Below, piece by piece: positions 16,577-26,043 of a stretch of DNA of 32,000 nucleotides. This DNA comes from Cupriavidus necator (GTDB lineage: Bacteria > Pseudomonadota > Gammaproteobacteria > Burkholderiales > Burkholderiaceae), in assembly GCF_016127575.1 (NCBI RefSeq), contig NZ_CP066019.1, positions 210,001-242,000 of the forward strand, written 5' to 3'. The position numbers were made by a program, and so were the translations under genes. The notes below the pieces were generated by a model. That model was given only the letters and a program-made list of their open reading frames with translations, searched no databases and was not told the origin of the DNA. Numbering within the stretch: position 1 is the first letter of the stretch; every line of letters begins with the position of its first letter.

Positions 16577-17362
16577 ATGATCCGCTCTCTCTGGATTGCC
16601 AAGACCGGCCTTGATGCGCAGCAGACGCAGATGGACGTGATCTCGAACAACCTGGCCAACGTGTCGACCAACGGCTTCAAGCGCGGCCGCGCGGTGTTCG
16701 AGGAACTGATGTACCAGACCATCCGCCAGCCCGGCGCGCTGTCGTCGGACCAGACCACGCTGCCGTCGGGCATGCAGCTGGGCACCGGCGTGCGCCCCGT
16801 GGCCACCGAGCGCATCCACACCCAGGGCAACCCGCAGCAGACTGGCAATGCCAAGGACGTGGCCATCCTGGGCCAGGGCTTCTTCCAGGTCGCGCTGCCC
16901 GACGGCACCACCGCCTACACCCGCGACGGCTCGTTCCAGGTGGACCAGAACGGCCAGCTGGTGACCTCCAGCGGCTTCGTGATCCAGCCCGCCATCACCA
17001 TCCCGGCCAATACGCTGTCGATGACCATTGCGCGCGATGGCACCGTGTCGGTGACGCAGCCCGGCTCCAGCGCCAACGTGCAGGTGGGGCAGCTGCAGCT
17101 GGCCACCTTCATGAACCCGGCCGGCCTGGAAAGCATGGGCGAGAACCTGTACGTGCAGACCGATGCCTCGGGCGCGCCCAACACCACCGTGCCGGGCCTG
17201 AACGGCGCTGGCGTGGTGCAGCAGAACTACGTGGAAGCGTCCAACGTGAACGTGGTGGAAGAGCTGGTCAGCATGATCCAGACCCAGCGCGCGTATGAGA
17301 TCAACAGCAAGGCCGTGCAGGCATCCGACCAGATGCTGCAGCGCCTGTCGCAACTGGGTTGA
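16577..17362 (+). CDS. flgG: Flagellar distal rod protein FlgG
   Basis: [36 protein letters not shown] and C-terminal [28 protein letters not shown]. Confidence 0.97.
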   Translation: MIRSLWIAKTGLDAQQTQMDVISNNLANVSTNGFKRGRAVFEELMYQTIRQPGALSSDQTTLPSGMQLGTGVRPVATERIHTQGNPQQTGNAKDVAILGQGFFQVALPDGTTAYTRDGSFQVDQNGQLVTSSGFVIQPAITIPANTLSMTIARDGTVSVTQPGSSANVQVGQLQLATFMNPAGLESMGENLYVQTDASGAPNTTVPGLNGAGVVQQNYVEASNVNVVEELVSMIQTQRAYEINSKAVQASDQMLQRLSQLG

Positions 17363-17373
17363 CTGGTGTGAAC

Positions 17374-18072
17374 ATGGCCACCTTGCTTTCCCGCCTGGGC
17401 GCGCATGCGCTGGTTTGCCTGGCCGGCGTGGCAATGCTGGCCAGCGGCGGCTGCGCGCTGATGCCGCGCGAGCCGCTGGTGCAACTGCCCACCACCGCGC
17501 GCGCAGAGCCGCGGCCGATGGGGCCGGCTTCGGGCTCGATCTACCAGTCGTCCTACGCCGGCAACCCGCTGTTCGAGGACCGGCGTCCGCGCAATGTGGG
17601 CGACATCCTGACGATCCTGATAACCGAGAACGTCAACGCCAGCAAGAATTCCGGCACCAATACCAGCCGCACCGGCAACACCGCGCTGGCGTTCGATGCC
17701 GTGCCGCGCGCGCTCAGCGGCCTGTTCAACAGCAGCAGCAACGCCAGCATCAACGGCGCCAACACCATGAAGGCCAGCGGCGGCGCCAGCGCGGCCAATA
17801 CCTTCAACGGCACCATCACCGTGACCGTGCTGGAGGTGCTCACCAACGGCAACCTGGTGGTCTCCGGCGAAAAGCAGATGGCCATCAACCAGGGCGCCGA
17901 GTTCATCCGCTTCTCCGGCGTGGTCAATCCGCGCACGATCACCGGCGACAACGCCGTGCTGTCGACGCAGGTCGCCGATGCGCGCATCGAATACACCGCC
18001 AAGGGTGTGATCGACGAAGCGCAGAACATGGGCTGGCTGCAGCGCTTCTTCCTCAATGTTTCACCGTTCTGA
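17374..18072 (+). CDS. flgH: Flagellar L-ring lipoprotein FlgH
   Basis: I prefer the ATG at 17374; the track's TTG at 17359 and a GTG at 17368 are in-frame alternatives. Signal peptide with lipobox-like SGG-C. Motifs [18 protein letters not shown] and [22 protein letters not shown]. Confidence 0.9.
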   Translation: MATLLSRLGAHALVCLAGVAMLASGGCALMPREPLVQLPTTARAEPRPMGPASGSIYQSSYAGNPLFEDRRPRNVGDILTILITENVNASKNSGTNTSRTGNTALAFDAVPRALSGLFNSSSNASINGANTMKASGGASAANTFNGTITVTVLEVLTNGNLVVSGEKQMAINQGAEFIRFSGVVNPRTITGDNAVLSTQVADARIEYTAKGVIDEAQNMGWLQRFFLNVSPF

Positions 18073-18079
18073 CCGCGCC

Positions 18080-19225
18080 ATGTCTGCTCCGATGCTCGCC
18101 CGTTTCCTGTCCCGCCTGCTGCGCCTGAGCGTGATCAGCCTGGCGCTGGGCGTGGCCTTTGGCGCCTTTGCCAGCGTCGCCAAGGCCGAGCGTCTGAAGA
18201 ACCTGGCCACGTTCCAGGGCGTGCGCGAGAACCCGCTGGTGGGCTACGGCCTGGTGGTCGGCCTGGACAACACCGGCGACCAGACCATGCAGACGCCGTT
18301 CACCACGCAGAGCCTGACCAACATGCTCTCGCAGCTGGGGATCACGCTGCCGGCCGGCAAGAACATGCAGCTCAAGAACGTGGCGGCGGTGATGGTGACC
18401 GCCTCGCTGCCTGCGTTCGCGCAACCCGGCAGCCAGCTGGACATCGTGGTGTCGTCGATGGGCAATGCCAAGAGCCTGCGCGGCGGCACGCTGCTGATGA
18501 CCCCGCTCAAGGGCGCCGACGGCCAGGTCTATGCCATCGCCCAGGGCAATATGCTGGTGGGCGGCGCGGGCGCGTCGGCCAACGGCAGCAAGGTGCAGGT
18601 CAACCAGCTGGCGGTGGGGCGCATCGCCAATGGCGCGATCGTTGAGCGCGCGGTGGCGCCGTTCCAGCCGGATGGCGGCGTGCTCAACCTGGAACTGAAG
18701 GACACCGATTTCGGCACCGCCGAGCGCGTGGTGGAAGCCATCAACCGCTCCATGGGCGGCGGCGTTGCCGCGGCGCTGGACGGGCGCGTGGTGCAGGTGC
18801 GTGCGCCGGCCTCGGCGGCCGCGCGCGTGGGCTTCCTGGCCCGCATCGAGAACATCGACGTGACCCCGGCCAAGGCCGCGGCCAAGGTGATCCTGAACGC
18901 CCGCACCGGTTCCATCGTGATGAACCAGGCCGTGACCGTGGAAGACTGCGCGGTGGCGCACGGCAACCTGTCGGTGGTGATCAACACGCAACCGGTGATC
19001 AGCCAGCCCGCGCCATTTAGCGAAGGGCGGACGGTGGTGGCGCCGGTGTCGCAGATCGACATGAGGCAGCAGGGCGGCTCGCTGCAGATCGTCAAGGCGG
19101 GCGCCTCGCTGGCCGCCGTGGTCAAGGGGCTGAACGCGCTGGGCGCAACCCCGGCCGACCTGCAGACCATCCTGGAAGCCATGCGCGCGGCCGGGGCGCT
19201 GCGCGCCGAGCTGGAAGTGATCTGA
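18080..19225 (+). CDS. flgI: Flagellar P-ring protein FlgI
   Basis: The mature part, [32 protein letters not shown], is highly characteristic. The start is ambiguous (in-frame ATGs at 18056, 18080 and 18092, none with a clear SD), but the signal peptide ends ..FASVAKA in all cases. Confidence 0.9.
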   Translation: MSAPMLARFLSRLLRLSVISLALGVAFGAFASVAKAERLKNLATFQGVRENPLVGYGLVVGLDNTGDQTMQTPFTTQSLTNMLSQLGITLPAGKNMQLKNVAAVMVTASLPAFAQPGSQLDIVVSSMGNAKSLRGGTLLMTPLKGADGQVYAIAQGNMLVGGAGASANGSKVQVNQLAVGRIANGAIVERAVAPFQPDGGVLNLELKDTDFGTAERVVEAINRSMGGGVAAALDGRVVQVRAPASAAARVGFLARIENIDVTPAKAAAKVILNARTGSIVMNQAVTVEDCAVAHGNLSVVINTQPVISQPAPFSEGRTVVAPVSQIDMRQQGGSLQIVKAGASLAAVVKGLNALGATPADLQTILEAMRAAGALRAELEVI

Positions 19226-19227
19226 CC

Positions 19228-20271
19228 ATGAACACGGCACGACCCCCGCAGGCGGCGGAGCTGACGCAGCGCTTTGCGCTGGACACGCAGGGCTTCGAGG
19301 CGCTCAAGCACAGCGCGCGCGGCGGCGCCGACGCCAATACGCTGCAAGCCGTCGCCAGGCAGTTCGAGGCGGTGTTCACGCAGATGGTGCTCAAGAGCAT
19401 GCGCGATGCCACCCCGCAGGACGGCCTCTTCGACAACGAGCAGAGCAAGCTCTATATGTCGATGATGGACCAGCAGCTTGCGCAGCAGATGTCGTCGCGC
19501 GGGATCGGCCTGGCCGATGTGATGGTGCGGCAGCTGGCGCGCGCCACGGGCACGCCGATGCCGGCCGGCATGAGCGCCATGAGCCCGGCCGAGTCAGGCA
19601 AGGCGGCCGATGCCGAGATGGCAAGATTGCTCGACAGCCGCGGCGCCGGGGCGATCCCGGCCGACGCCGGCGAGCAGGCCGACCTGCCGGCGATCGGCAC
19701 CATCGTGCCGGGGCAGAACTGGAATCCCACTGCCGGCCTGCGCCAGTACCAGCCGCAGTGGTACGCGGACCGTGGCCAGGGCGAGGACAGGCTGGGACGG
19801 TTGCCGGACGACGCGCCGTCCCACGTCAGCGCCTTTGTCGCCCGCATGGCCGGGCCCGCGGAAGCCGCCGCGCGCGCCAGCGGCGTGCCGGCGCGGCTGA
19901 TCGTAGGCCAGGCCGCGCTGGAATCCGGCTGGGGCCAGCGCGAGATCACGCACGCCGACGGCTCCACCACCTTCAACGTCTTCGGCATCAAGGCCGGGGC
20001 CAGCTGGAAGGGGCGTGTGGCCGAGATCACCACCACGGAATATGTCGACGGGCAGCCGCAGAAGGTGCGGGCGAAGTTTCGCGCCTATGGCTCGTATGAC
20101 GAGGCCTGTGCCGACTATGCCCGCCTGCTGACGAACAACCCGCGCTACGCGGGCGTGGTCAGCGCGGCGTCGGCTGAAGAGGCGGCGCATGGCTTGCAGC
20201 GCGCGGGCTATGCCACCGATCCGGCGTACGGGCACAAGCTGGTGAAGATCATGAAGAAGGTCGCAGCCTGA
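19228..20271 (+). CDS. flgJ: Flagellar rod-assembly protein / peptidoglycan hydrolase FlgJ
   Basis: N-terminal rod-binding region (VARQFEAVFTQMVLKSMRDA). C-terminal GH73 glucosaminidase region (LIVGQAALESGWGQ...FNVFGIKA...YGSYDEACADYARLL). Confidence 0.93.
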   Translation: MNTARPPQAAELTQRFALDTQGFEALKHSARGGADANTLQAVARQFEAVFTQMVLKSMRDATPQDGLFDNEQSKLYMSMMDQQLAQQMSSRGIGLADVMVRQLARATGTPMPAGMSAMSPAESGKAADAEMARLLDSRGAGAIPADAGEQADLPAIGTIVPGQNWNPTAGLRQYQPQWYADRGQGEDRLGRLPDDAPSHVSAFVARMAGPAEAAARASGVPARLIVGQAALESGWGQREITHADGSTTFNVFGIKAGASWKGRVAEITTTEYVDGQPQKVRAKFRAYGSYDEACADYARLLTNNPRYAGVVSAASAEEAAHGLQRAGYATDPAYGHKLVKIMKKVAA

Positions 20272-20316
20272 GGGCAGGGGGAAGCCAGCGGATCTGGCGA
20301 AGATCACTTCCACACC

Positions 20317-20344
20317 TAAAGTCCCGCCCCCACCCAGCCGATAA
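20317..20344 (+). promoter_or_regulatory. Sigma-28 (FliA)-type class III promoter for flgKL: TAAAGTCC-N12-GCCGATAA
   Basis: TAAA lies at 20317-20320, then 16 nt, then a perfect GCCGATAA at 20337-20344, about 63 nt upstream of the flgK ATG. A FliA-dependent flgKL promoter is well known in enteric bacteria. Confidence 0.65.
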
Positions 20345-20407
20345 CTTCCACATCCACCACCGCCGGCCCTCGCCGCGGTAGTCCCATCAATCCGGGGTCA
20401 GAGCACA

Positions 20408-22327
20408 ATGTCTCTCTTCAGTATTGGTCTTTCCGGCCTGAACACCGCGCAGAACGCGCTGACGACGACCGGCCACAATTTTGCCAATTCGGCGACCGAA
20501 GGCTATTCGCGCCAGAATACCATCGTGGCCTCGGCCGGCGGCCAGTACACCAGCCAGGGTTTCTATGGCTTCGGCTCCAACACCACCACGGTGATCCGCG
20601 TCTATGACGAGTTCCTGACCGGCCAGCTGCGCGGCGCCACCTCGGCCAGCGCATCGCTGGCGGCGTACTCGGACCAGATCGCCCAGATCGACAACCTGCT
20701 CGCCGACCAGAAGGGCGGCCTGGCGCCGCTGATGCAGAAGTTCTTCGCGGCGGTGCAGGCAGTGGCTGACACCCCGGCCGATCCGGCAGCGCGCCAGGGC
20801 ATGCTGTCGGCGGGGCAGGCGCTGGTGGGGCAGGTGCGCTCGGCCAGCAACTACTTCAAGCAGCTGCAATCGGGCGTCAATGAGCAGGTCGGCACCGCCG
20901 TCACGCAGGTCAACGCGTACACCAGGCAGATTGCCAACCTGAACCAGGAAATCACCCGCCTGAAGGCTGCCTCCGGCGGCCAGCCGCCCAACGATCTGCT
21001 GGACCAGCGTGACCAGGCCGTGGCCGAGCTGACCAGGCTGGTCGGCGCCAAGGTGGTGGTGCAGGACAGCGGCACCTACAACGTCTTCGTCGGCAACGGC
21101 CAGCCGCTGGTGATGGGCAATGACGCGTACGAGCTGAAGGCGGTAGCCTCGGCGGCCGATCCCAACCGCACCGTGGTGGCCTACACCCTGCCCAACGGCA
21201 ACGTGTTCGAGAGCGAGCCGGGCGCGATCACCGGCGGTTCGCTGGGCGGCCTGCTGCAGTTCCGCACCGAATCCCTGGACGCGGCGCAGAACGCCATCGG
21301 CCGGCTGTCGCTGGCAATCGGCCAGAGCTTCAATGCGCAGCACAAGCTGGGCATCGACCTGAACGGCGCGATTGGCACCGACATGTTTGAACTGGGTAGC
21401 GCCACCTCGATCCCCAACGCCAACAACACCGTGAAGACCACGGTGGCAACGACCAGGATCGACAATGCCTCGGCCCTGACCACCAGCGACTACAAGCTGC
21501 AGTTCGACGGTACCAACTACACGCTGACGCGTCTCTCCGACAACCAGCAGGTGGTCACGCCGGTGCCCGCCGGCGGCGCCAGCTACCCGCTGCAGTTCAG
21601 CGCCGACGGTTTCACCGTCGAGATCAATGCGGCGATGGGCACCAACGATTCGTTCACGATCCAGCCCACGCGCAATGCCGCCACCGGCTTCGACATGGCG
21701 ATCAGCGACCCGGCCAGGATCGCCGCGGCATCGCCGGCTCGCGCCGACGCGGCGGCGTCGAACAAGGGCAACGGCACGGTCAGCCTGGGCAAGGTCGCGC
21801 CCGGCTATTCGCTGCTGGCTGGCACGATCACCGCCAGGTTCGACGGAACCACCTATGTCTTCAGCGATGCCAACGGACCGCTCGCGACCCAGCCGGCGCC
21901 CGTGTCCAACGGCAGCAATACCGACTACACCCTCAACGGCCTGACCTTCAGCTTCGGCGGCACGCCCGCGACGGGCGACACCTTCACGCTGAGCAGCAAC
22001 GCCGGCGCGGTCAAGGACAACGGCAACATGCTGGCGCTGGCCAAGCTGCAGAACGCCAAGACCATCGGCGGTGTGTCCAGCTTCAGCGAGGGCTATGCCC
22101 AGCTGGTCAACGACGTCGGCACGCGCGCCAAGTCGGTCAAGATCGCCTCGGCCTCGCAGGACAGCATCACCACCCAGATCAAGACCGCGCAGCAATCGGT
22201 GTCCGGCGTCAACATGGACGAGGAGACCGTGTCGATGCTGCGCTTCCAGCAGCTGTACCAGGCCAACGCCCGGGTGATCCAGACGGCCGGCACGCTGTTC
22301 GACACCATCATCGGCATCGGCAGGTAA
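20408..22327 (+). CDS. flgK: Hook-filament junction protein 1, FlgK
   Basis: MSLFSIGLSGLNTAQNALTTTGHNFANSATEGYSRQ and C-terminal NMDEETVSMLRFQQLYQANARVIQTAGTLFDTII. Confidence 0.95.
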   Translation: MSLFSIGLSGLNTAQNALTTTGHNFANSATEGYSRQNTIVASAGGQYTSQGFYGFGSNTTTVIRVYDEFLTGQLRGATSASASLAAYSDQIAQIDNLLADQKGGLAPLMQKFFAAVQAVADTPADPAARQGMLSAGQALVGQVRSASNYFKQLQSGVNEQVGTAVTQVNAYTRQIANLNQEITRLKAASGGQPPNDLLDQRDQAVAELTRLVGAKVVVQDSGTYNVFVGNGQPLVMGNDAYELKAVASAADPNRTVVAYTLPNGNVFESEPGAITGGSLGGLLQFRTESLDAAQNAIGRLSLAIGQSFNAQHKLGIDLNGAIGTDMFELGSATSIPNANNTVKTTVATTRIDNASALTTSDYKLQFDGTNYTLTRLSDNQQVVTPVPAGGASYPLQFSADGFTVEINAAMGTNDSFTIQPTRNAATGFDMAISDPARIAAASPARADAAASNKGNGTVSLGKVAPGYSLLAGTITARFDGTTYVFSDANGPLATQPAPVSNGSNTDYTLNGLTFSFGGTPATGDTFTLSSNAGAVKDNGNMLALAKLQNAKTIGGVSSFSEGYAQLVNDVGTRAKSVKIASASQDSITTQIKTAQQSVSGVNMDEETVSMLRFQQLYQANARVIQTAGTLFDTIIGIGR

Positions 22328-22373
22328 GCTGCGGCACCCACAAGCGTCAGCAGAGTCAGAAGAGGTAACCAAT

Positions 22374-23603
22374 ATGCGCGTTGCAAGCTCCACCCTGTAC
22401 CAGCAAGGCCTGGCTTCGATGAACTACCAGCAGGGCTCGCTGCTGCATATCCAGCAGCAGCTAGGCACCGGCCGCAGCATCCTGACGCCGTCCGACGACC
22501 CCGTCGGCGCCACCCGCGCGCTGGGCGTGAGCCAGGCACAGGCCGTCAACGGCCAGTACGCAACCTCGCGCAAGCAGGCCAATATCGCGCTGGCCGCGGA
22601 AGAAAACGCGCTGCAGTCCGTGACCACGGTCACGCAGAACATCCAGACGCTGCTGGTGCAGGCCGGCAACGGCACCATGAGCGATGCCGACCGCGGCTCG
22701 CTGGCCACGGCGCTGGAAGGCCTGTACAACCAGCTGGTGGGCCTGGCCAACTCCGACGACGGCAACGGCCAGTACCTGTTTGGCGGCACCCGCTCCGGCA
22801 GCGCGCCGTTCACGCAGAGCAAAGGTCCGGGCGCCTACATCGGCGACAACGGCCAGCAACTGCTGCAGGTCGATGTGGCGCGCCAGATGCCCGCCGGCAA
22901 CACCGGGCGCGAAGTGTTCATGAGCGTGACCGGCGGCGCCGGCTATGTCGTCAAGGGCAATGCCAACAACACCGGCAGCGCCACGTTCGGCACGGTGTCG
23001 ACCACGAACCCGAGCGATCCCGACTATGGGCTCTCGATGCAGGTCACGTTCGCGGCCAATGCCAGCGGCCAGATGGAATACACCATCACCGACCTGTCGG
23101 CAGGCACGACCCCCGCACCGGTCGTGAAGGGCCCCATCGCCTACACGTCGCCAGCCCATATCGACGTCGCCGGCGTCAGCTTCAACGTGACCGGCGATCC
23201 CAAGGACGGCGACACCATGACCATGGCTCCCGCCAGCGAGGCCGGCACCGACATGTTCGCCAATCTGCAGACCGTGATCGACACGCTGCGCCAGCCCACC
23301 CCCGACAGCAGTGATCGGGCGCATCTTGGCAACGTCATCTCCACCGCCACGCGCCAGTTCTCCAACTCGCTCGACAACGTGCTGACCGTGCGGGCATCGG
23401 TGGGTTCGCGCATGAACGAGCTCGATGCGTTGGATGATGTGGGGTCCAACCGTGACCTGACGTACTCGCAGACGCTGTCGGGACTGCAGGATCTGGATTA
23501 CGCGAAGGCGATCACCGAGTATTACCAGCGGCAGACGGCGCTGCAGGGGGCGCAGCAGTCGTTTATGCAGATTCAGGGGATGAATTTGTTTAAGTATTTG
23601 TAA
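22374..23603 (+). CDS. flgL: Hook-filament junction protein 3, FlgL
   Basis: MRVASSTLYQQGLASMNYQQGSLLHIQQQLGTGRSILTPSDDPVGA, a flagellin-like N-terminus. C-terminus DYAKAITEYYQRQTALQGAQQSFMQIQGMNLFKYL. Confidence 0.93.
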   Translation: MRVASSTLYQQGLASMNYQQGSLLHIQQQLGTGRSILTPSDDPVGATRALGVSQAQAVNGQYATSRKQANIALAAEENALQSVTTVTQNIQTLLVQAGNGTMSDADRGSLATALEGLYNQLVGLANSDDGNGQYLFGGTRSGSAPFTQSKGPGAYIGDNGQQLLQVDVARQMPAGNTGREVFMSVTGGAGYVVKGNANNTGSATFGTVSTTNPSDPDYGLSMQVTFAANASGQMEYTITDLSAGTTPAPVVKGPIAYTSPAHIDVAGVSFNVTGDPKDGDTMTMAPASEAGTDMFANLQTVIDTLRQPTPDSSDRAHLGNVISTATRQFSNSLDNVLTVRASVGSRMNELDALDDVGSNRDLTYSQTLSGLQDLDYAKAITEYYQRQTALQGAQQSFMQIQGMNLFKYL

Positions 23604-23874
23604 GGTGGGTGGGGCGGCGGCCTCAGGTGTGTTCTTGTCTAGCCGGAACAAAGTCCCGCAAAACCCCGAAAGAAGTTTTGCATCCGCGGGTAGCAGCTCC
23701 ATTTAGCGACGTGCACGAAGGCGGACACGCAGGAGCCATCAGGAGATGGCACCGTCCTCGGCCTGCACTTCCGCCTGGCCCCACGTAACCCGGGGGACCT
23801 TTCTATTTTTCCGAAGCGCAAGATCGCCGGCTCTTGCCAAGCGCCTTGCCCGCTCCGGTGCCAGCGTGAACGGC

Positions 23875-24369
23875 TTACGCGAGCACGTGAAACGGGCGCT
23901 GGAAGGCTACGGACCCGGCGTCTTGCCCGAGCGGGGCTTCCGCAGAAGGTGGAAGGTCCAGCAGCGCGCGCACGTCCCGTTCTACCGTCGCGAGCGAAGC
24001 GGACCTGGACAGGGAGCGGGCAAAGCGGCTGTCGAGGCCTGGTGGCAGACGCAGCCACATATTGTCCGAGACCAGCAGCAGGCGCCTTGGCTTCAGCGCC
24101 AGGCTGGCCAGGCGCAGCAGGTGCCAGCCGTCGGCAAGATCCGGCGGCATGCCGAACACAAGCAATGCCGGAGCCGGCAGGCGCGCATTGCGTGCCGCCA
24201 GGGCGTCCGTTTCCACGAGTTCGACCCGGCCAATGCCCGGCATTTCTCCGAGCAGGCGCATGACTCCGTGCCGGTACACCGGCATGTCGTCGATCACCAC
24301 GGCATGTGCCTCGCGGTTGCGCCCCAGGACTTGTTCCCAGGCGGCCGCTCCACGGTTCGTCCAGCTCAT
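23875..24369 (-). CDS. Stand-alone receiver-like (CheY-fold) protein lacking the phospho-acceptor Asp: pseudo-receiver
   Basis: I take the ATG at 24369 as the start, preceded by GGAGGAAACAAGG; the track ORF runs on to 24675. AVVIDDMP matches beta1 with its acidic pair. ALLVFGMPPDLADG has the beta3 context, but Gly sits where the phosphorylated Asp should be. LLLVSDN matches the beta4 Ser/Thr. An Arg-rich stretch lies where the conserved Lys is expected. Confidence 0.6.
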   Translation of the reverse strand: MSWTNRGAAAWEQVLGRNREAHAVVIDDMPVYRHGVMRLLGEMPGIGRVELVETDALAARNARLPAPALLVFGMPPDLADGWHLLRLASLALKPRRLLLVSDNMWLRLPPGLDSRFARSLSRSASLATVERDVRALLDLPPSAEAPLGQDAGSVAFQRPFHVLA

Positions 24370-24564
24370 CCTTGTTTCCTCCGGTTTGCCGGCGTTGGCT
24401 TCGTGGCCAGCGCCCTGCACCAGTACCAGCAAGGGCAATGCCAACTCTGGCAAGGCCGCCTCGTGCAATTGCGCACAGGCGCGGGAGCCAGGCCCGCTGC
24501 GGGTTTCCGGGAGGTTGACGCGGACCTGCCGGCCTTTGCGGACGACTGGCAGCCGCGGTGGGGT

Positions 24565-24588
24565 GTTACGTGTAACGTAACGTGTTAC
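24565..24588. promoter_or_regulatory. Array of four GTTAC/GTAAC half-sites (two adjacent 5-2-5 inverted repeats); candidate operator
   Basis: GTTAC-GT-GTAAC | GTAAC-GT-GTTAC at 24565-24588. It sits in the 364-nt divergent region between the pseudo-receiver gene (start 24369, -) and the PPC/DUF296 gene (start 24734, +). Confidence 0.4.
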
Positions 24589-24733
24589 GCGACCAGCCTC
24601 GGCCGGACGCCGGAGGCTGTCGAAACCAGCGTCCCGCGCAGAGCAGGACGCCAATGACCGAAAGCTGGTGCTCAATTGCGATCGGTCTCAATTCGCCTTA
24701 ACCTGTCACATAGCCCCACCCTGGAACCGCGCG

Positions 24734-25141
24734 ATGCAAGCACATCCCTTACGCCTCTCTCCCGGCGACGATCTGCGTGCCGCACTCGAAGACGTGCTGA
24801 GTCGGCTCAAGTTGCATGCGGCTTTCGTCATCCAGGGAATCGGGAGCCTCAGCGTTGCCCAATTGCGATTTGCCGGGGCGGAAGACGCTACCGAACTGCG
24901 TGGCGATCTGGAGATCCTGACGCTCGCCGGATCCCTGTCACCGGATGGAGCGCACCTGCACATGTCGGTTGCGGACTCGCGAGGTCGGGTGCTCGGTGGT
25001 CATGTGGCGCGCGGTTGCACGGTCCGTACGACTGCCGAGATATTGCTGGCGCTGCTTCCCGAACATCGTTTCGCCCGTGAGTACGACCAGAGTTCAGGGT
25101 TCATGGAACTGGTGGTACGGAACGAGCCGCCGCTGGATTAG
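24734..25141 (+). CDS. PPC (DUF296) domain protein
   Basis: I take the ATG at 24734 as the start (MQAHPLRLSPGDDLRAALEDV...). AAFVIQGIGSLSVAQLRFA...LEILTLAGSLSPDGAHLHMSVADSRGRVLGGHV matches the PPC/DUF296 fold pattern. There is no clear SD, so the start is uncertain (the track uses 24668). Confidence 0.7.
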   Translation: MQAHPLRLSPGDDLRAALEDVLSRLKLHAAFVIQGIGSLSVAQLRFAGAEDATELRGDLEILTLAGSLSPDGAHLHMSVADSRGRVLGGHVARGCTVRTTAEILLALLPEHRFAREYDQSSGFMELVVRNEPPLD

Positions 25142-25237
25142 ATTCGAAGCAACCCGGGCAGCGTGGATGAATGAGGTCGTTCGGCCCGTTTCAGCCACTC
25201 GGTGCGAGTGTTCGGGCGACCGCCTTACGCATGAAGC

Positions 25238-25756
25238 CTATGCCTTGGCACACTTGACGACGGTATCGAGCGTGCGAGTGGTGATGCCCTTCCCGAACGA
25301 GCGTTCGAGCAGGCGCATGAACACCGGGCCTTTCTTCGGATCGGGCACGTAGGCGCTGAAGACCTCCGTGGCATTGGCCTTGACGATGCTTGCGCCGTCG
25401 CGCTCGATGGGCAGCTCCACGTCTGGTGGCACCGGGTTGCGGAGAAAGGTGACAACCCGCTTGGCCGAAGGTGCAAGGCTGAGCTCGGCGAAAGGGTCCG
25501 AGTCGATGAGGTCCTGGAGATAGCGGGACGGCCGGACGAAGGTGTCGAAGCTGTGGCCCAGTTCAGACTGCATCGCCTTCTCGGCGCGTTGCTCCAGGCT
25601 GGCCAGTGACGACGATCGCGCGTTGAACACGATGTTGCCGCTGGAGAGCAGGGTTTTCACTTCGGAGAAGCCCGCCGCCTCGAAGCAGCGCTTGAGTTCG
25701 GGCATCCGGGCGTTCATCGGGCTGACGCCGCGAAGAAAGGCAACGTATCGGGACAT
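25238..25756 (-). CDS. DUF1697 family protein
   Basis: I take the ATG at 25756 as the start. MSRYVAFLRGVSPMNARMPELKRCFEAAGFSEVKTLLSSGNIVF is the signature N-terminus of DUF1697 proteins. Confidence 0.8.
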   Translation of the reverse strand: MSRYVAFLRGVSPMNARMPELKRCFEAAGFSEVKTLLSSGNIVFNARSSSLASLEQRAEKAMQSELGHSFDTFVRPSRYLQDLIDSDPFAELSLAPSAKRVVTFLRNPVPPDVELPIERDGASIVKANATEVFSAYVPDPKKGPVFMRLLERSFGKGITTRTLDTVVKCAKA

Positions 25757-25866
25757 GGCTATCTCGTGATTGCTGGCAAACCGCCACACAGCTCGCTCGC
25801 GGTCAACGGTAAACAGGCTGGTCAATGATAGACGAGTGCCGGCCAGCGGTTCAGCCCACCCACGTG

Positions 25867-26043
25867 TCAGCGCATGGCCGCTATGAAAAGGGGAGAATTA
25901 ACAATCTCACAGGAGATGGCGAAACGACCTGCTAGCGCGCAGTTACGGACTCTCGAGCCGGGTACTTCATGGTTCAGTGCGCGAAGTACCCGCACGAGCG
26001 GCAGTCCGATGGCGCGAGTTGCGCCTGCAACGAAAATCTTCAT
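25867..26043 (-). pseudogene. Truncated remnant of an NAD(P)-binding SDR/NmrA-like gene
   Basis: This 58-codon ORF is below the track cutoff and is preceded by GGAGAAAAGCC. It begins MKIFVAGATRAIGLPLVRVLRALNHEV, the Rossmann beta1-Gly-rich-alphaA of NmrA/epimerase-type SDRs (GATRAIG where GATGxIG is usual). After about 27 residues the sequence loses family character and stops. Confidence 0.4.

Noticed and set aside
15686-17434. 582-aa minus-strand ORF spanning flgF and flgG
   Set aside because: It is antisense to two strongly conserved rod genes and crosses their intergenic gap. The translation is low-complexity, so this is a GC artefact.
20387-22393. 668-aa minus-strand ORF antisense to flgK
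   Set aside because: It is a GC artefact. FlgK on the plus strand has the canonical N- and C-terminal flagellar axial-protein motifs.
23649-23676. CAAAGTCCCGC resembling the -35 part of the local sigma-28 motif
   Set aside because: No GCCGATAA-like -10 element lies at the expected distance (the sequence there is AAAGAAGT), and there is no downstream gene on that strand. The segment instead forms a weak 7-bp hairpin (23658-23681) that may help terminate flgL.
23746-23762. TGGCAC-N5-TCGGC resembling a sigma-54 -24/-12 promoter downstream of flgL
   Set aside because: The -12 element lacks the conserved TGC at the proper spacing, and no plus-strand gene follows. Other GG-N10-GC look-alikes (near 12830 and 22336) are off by one nucleotide.
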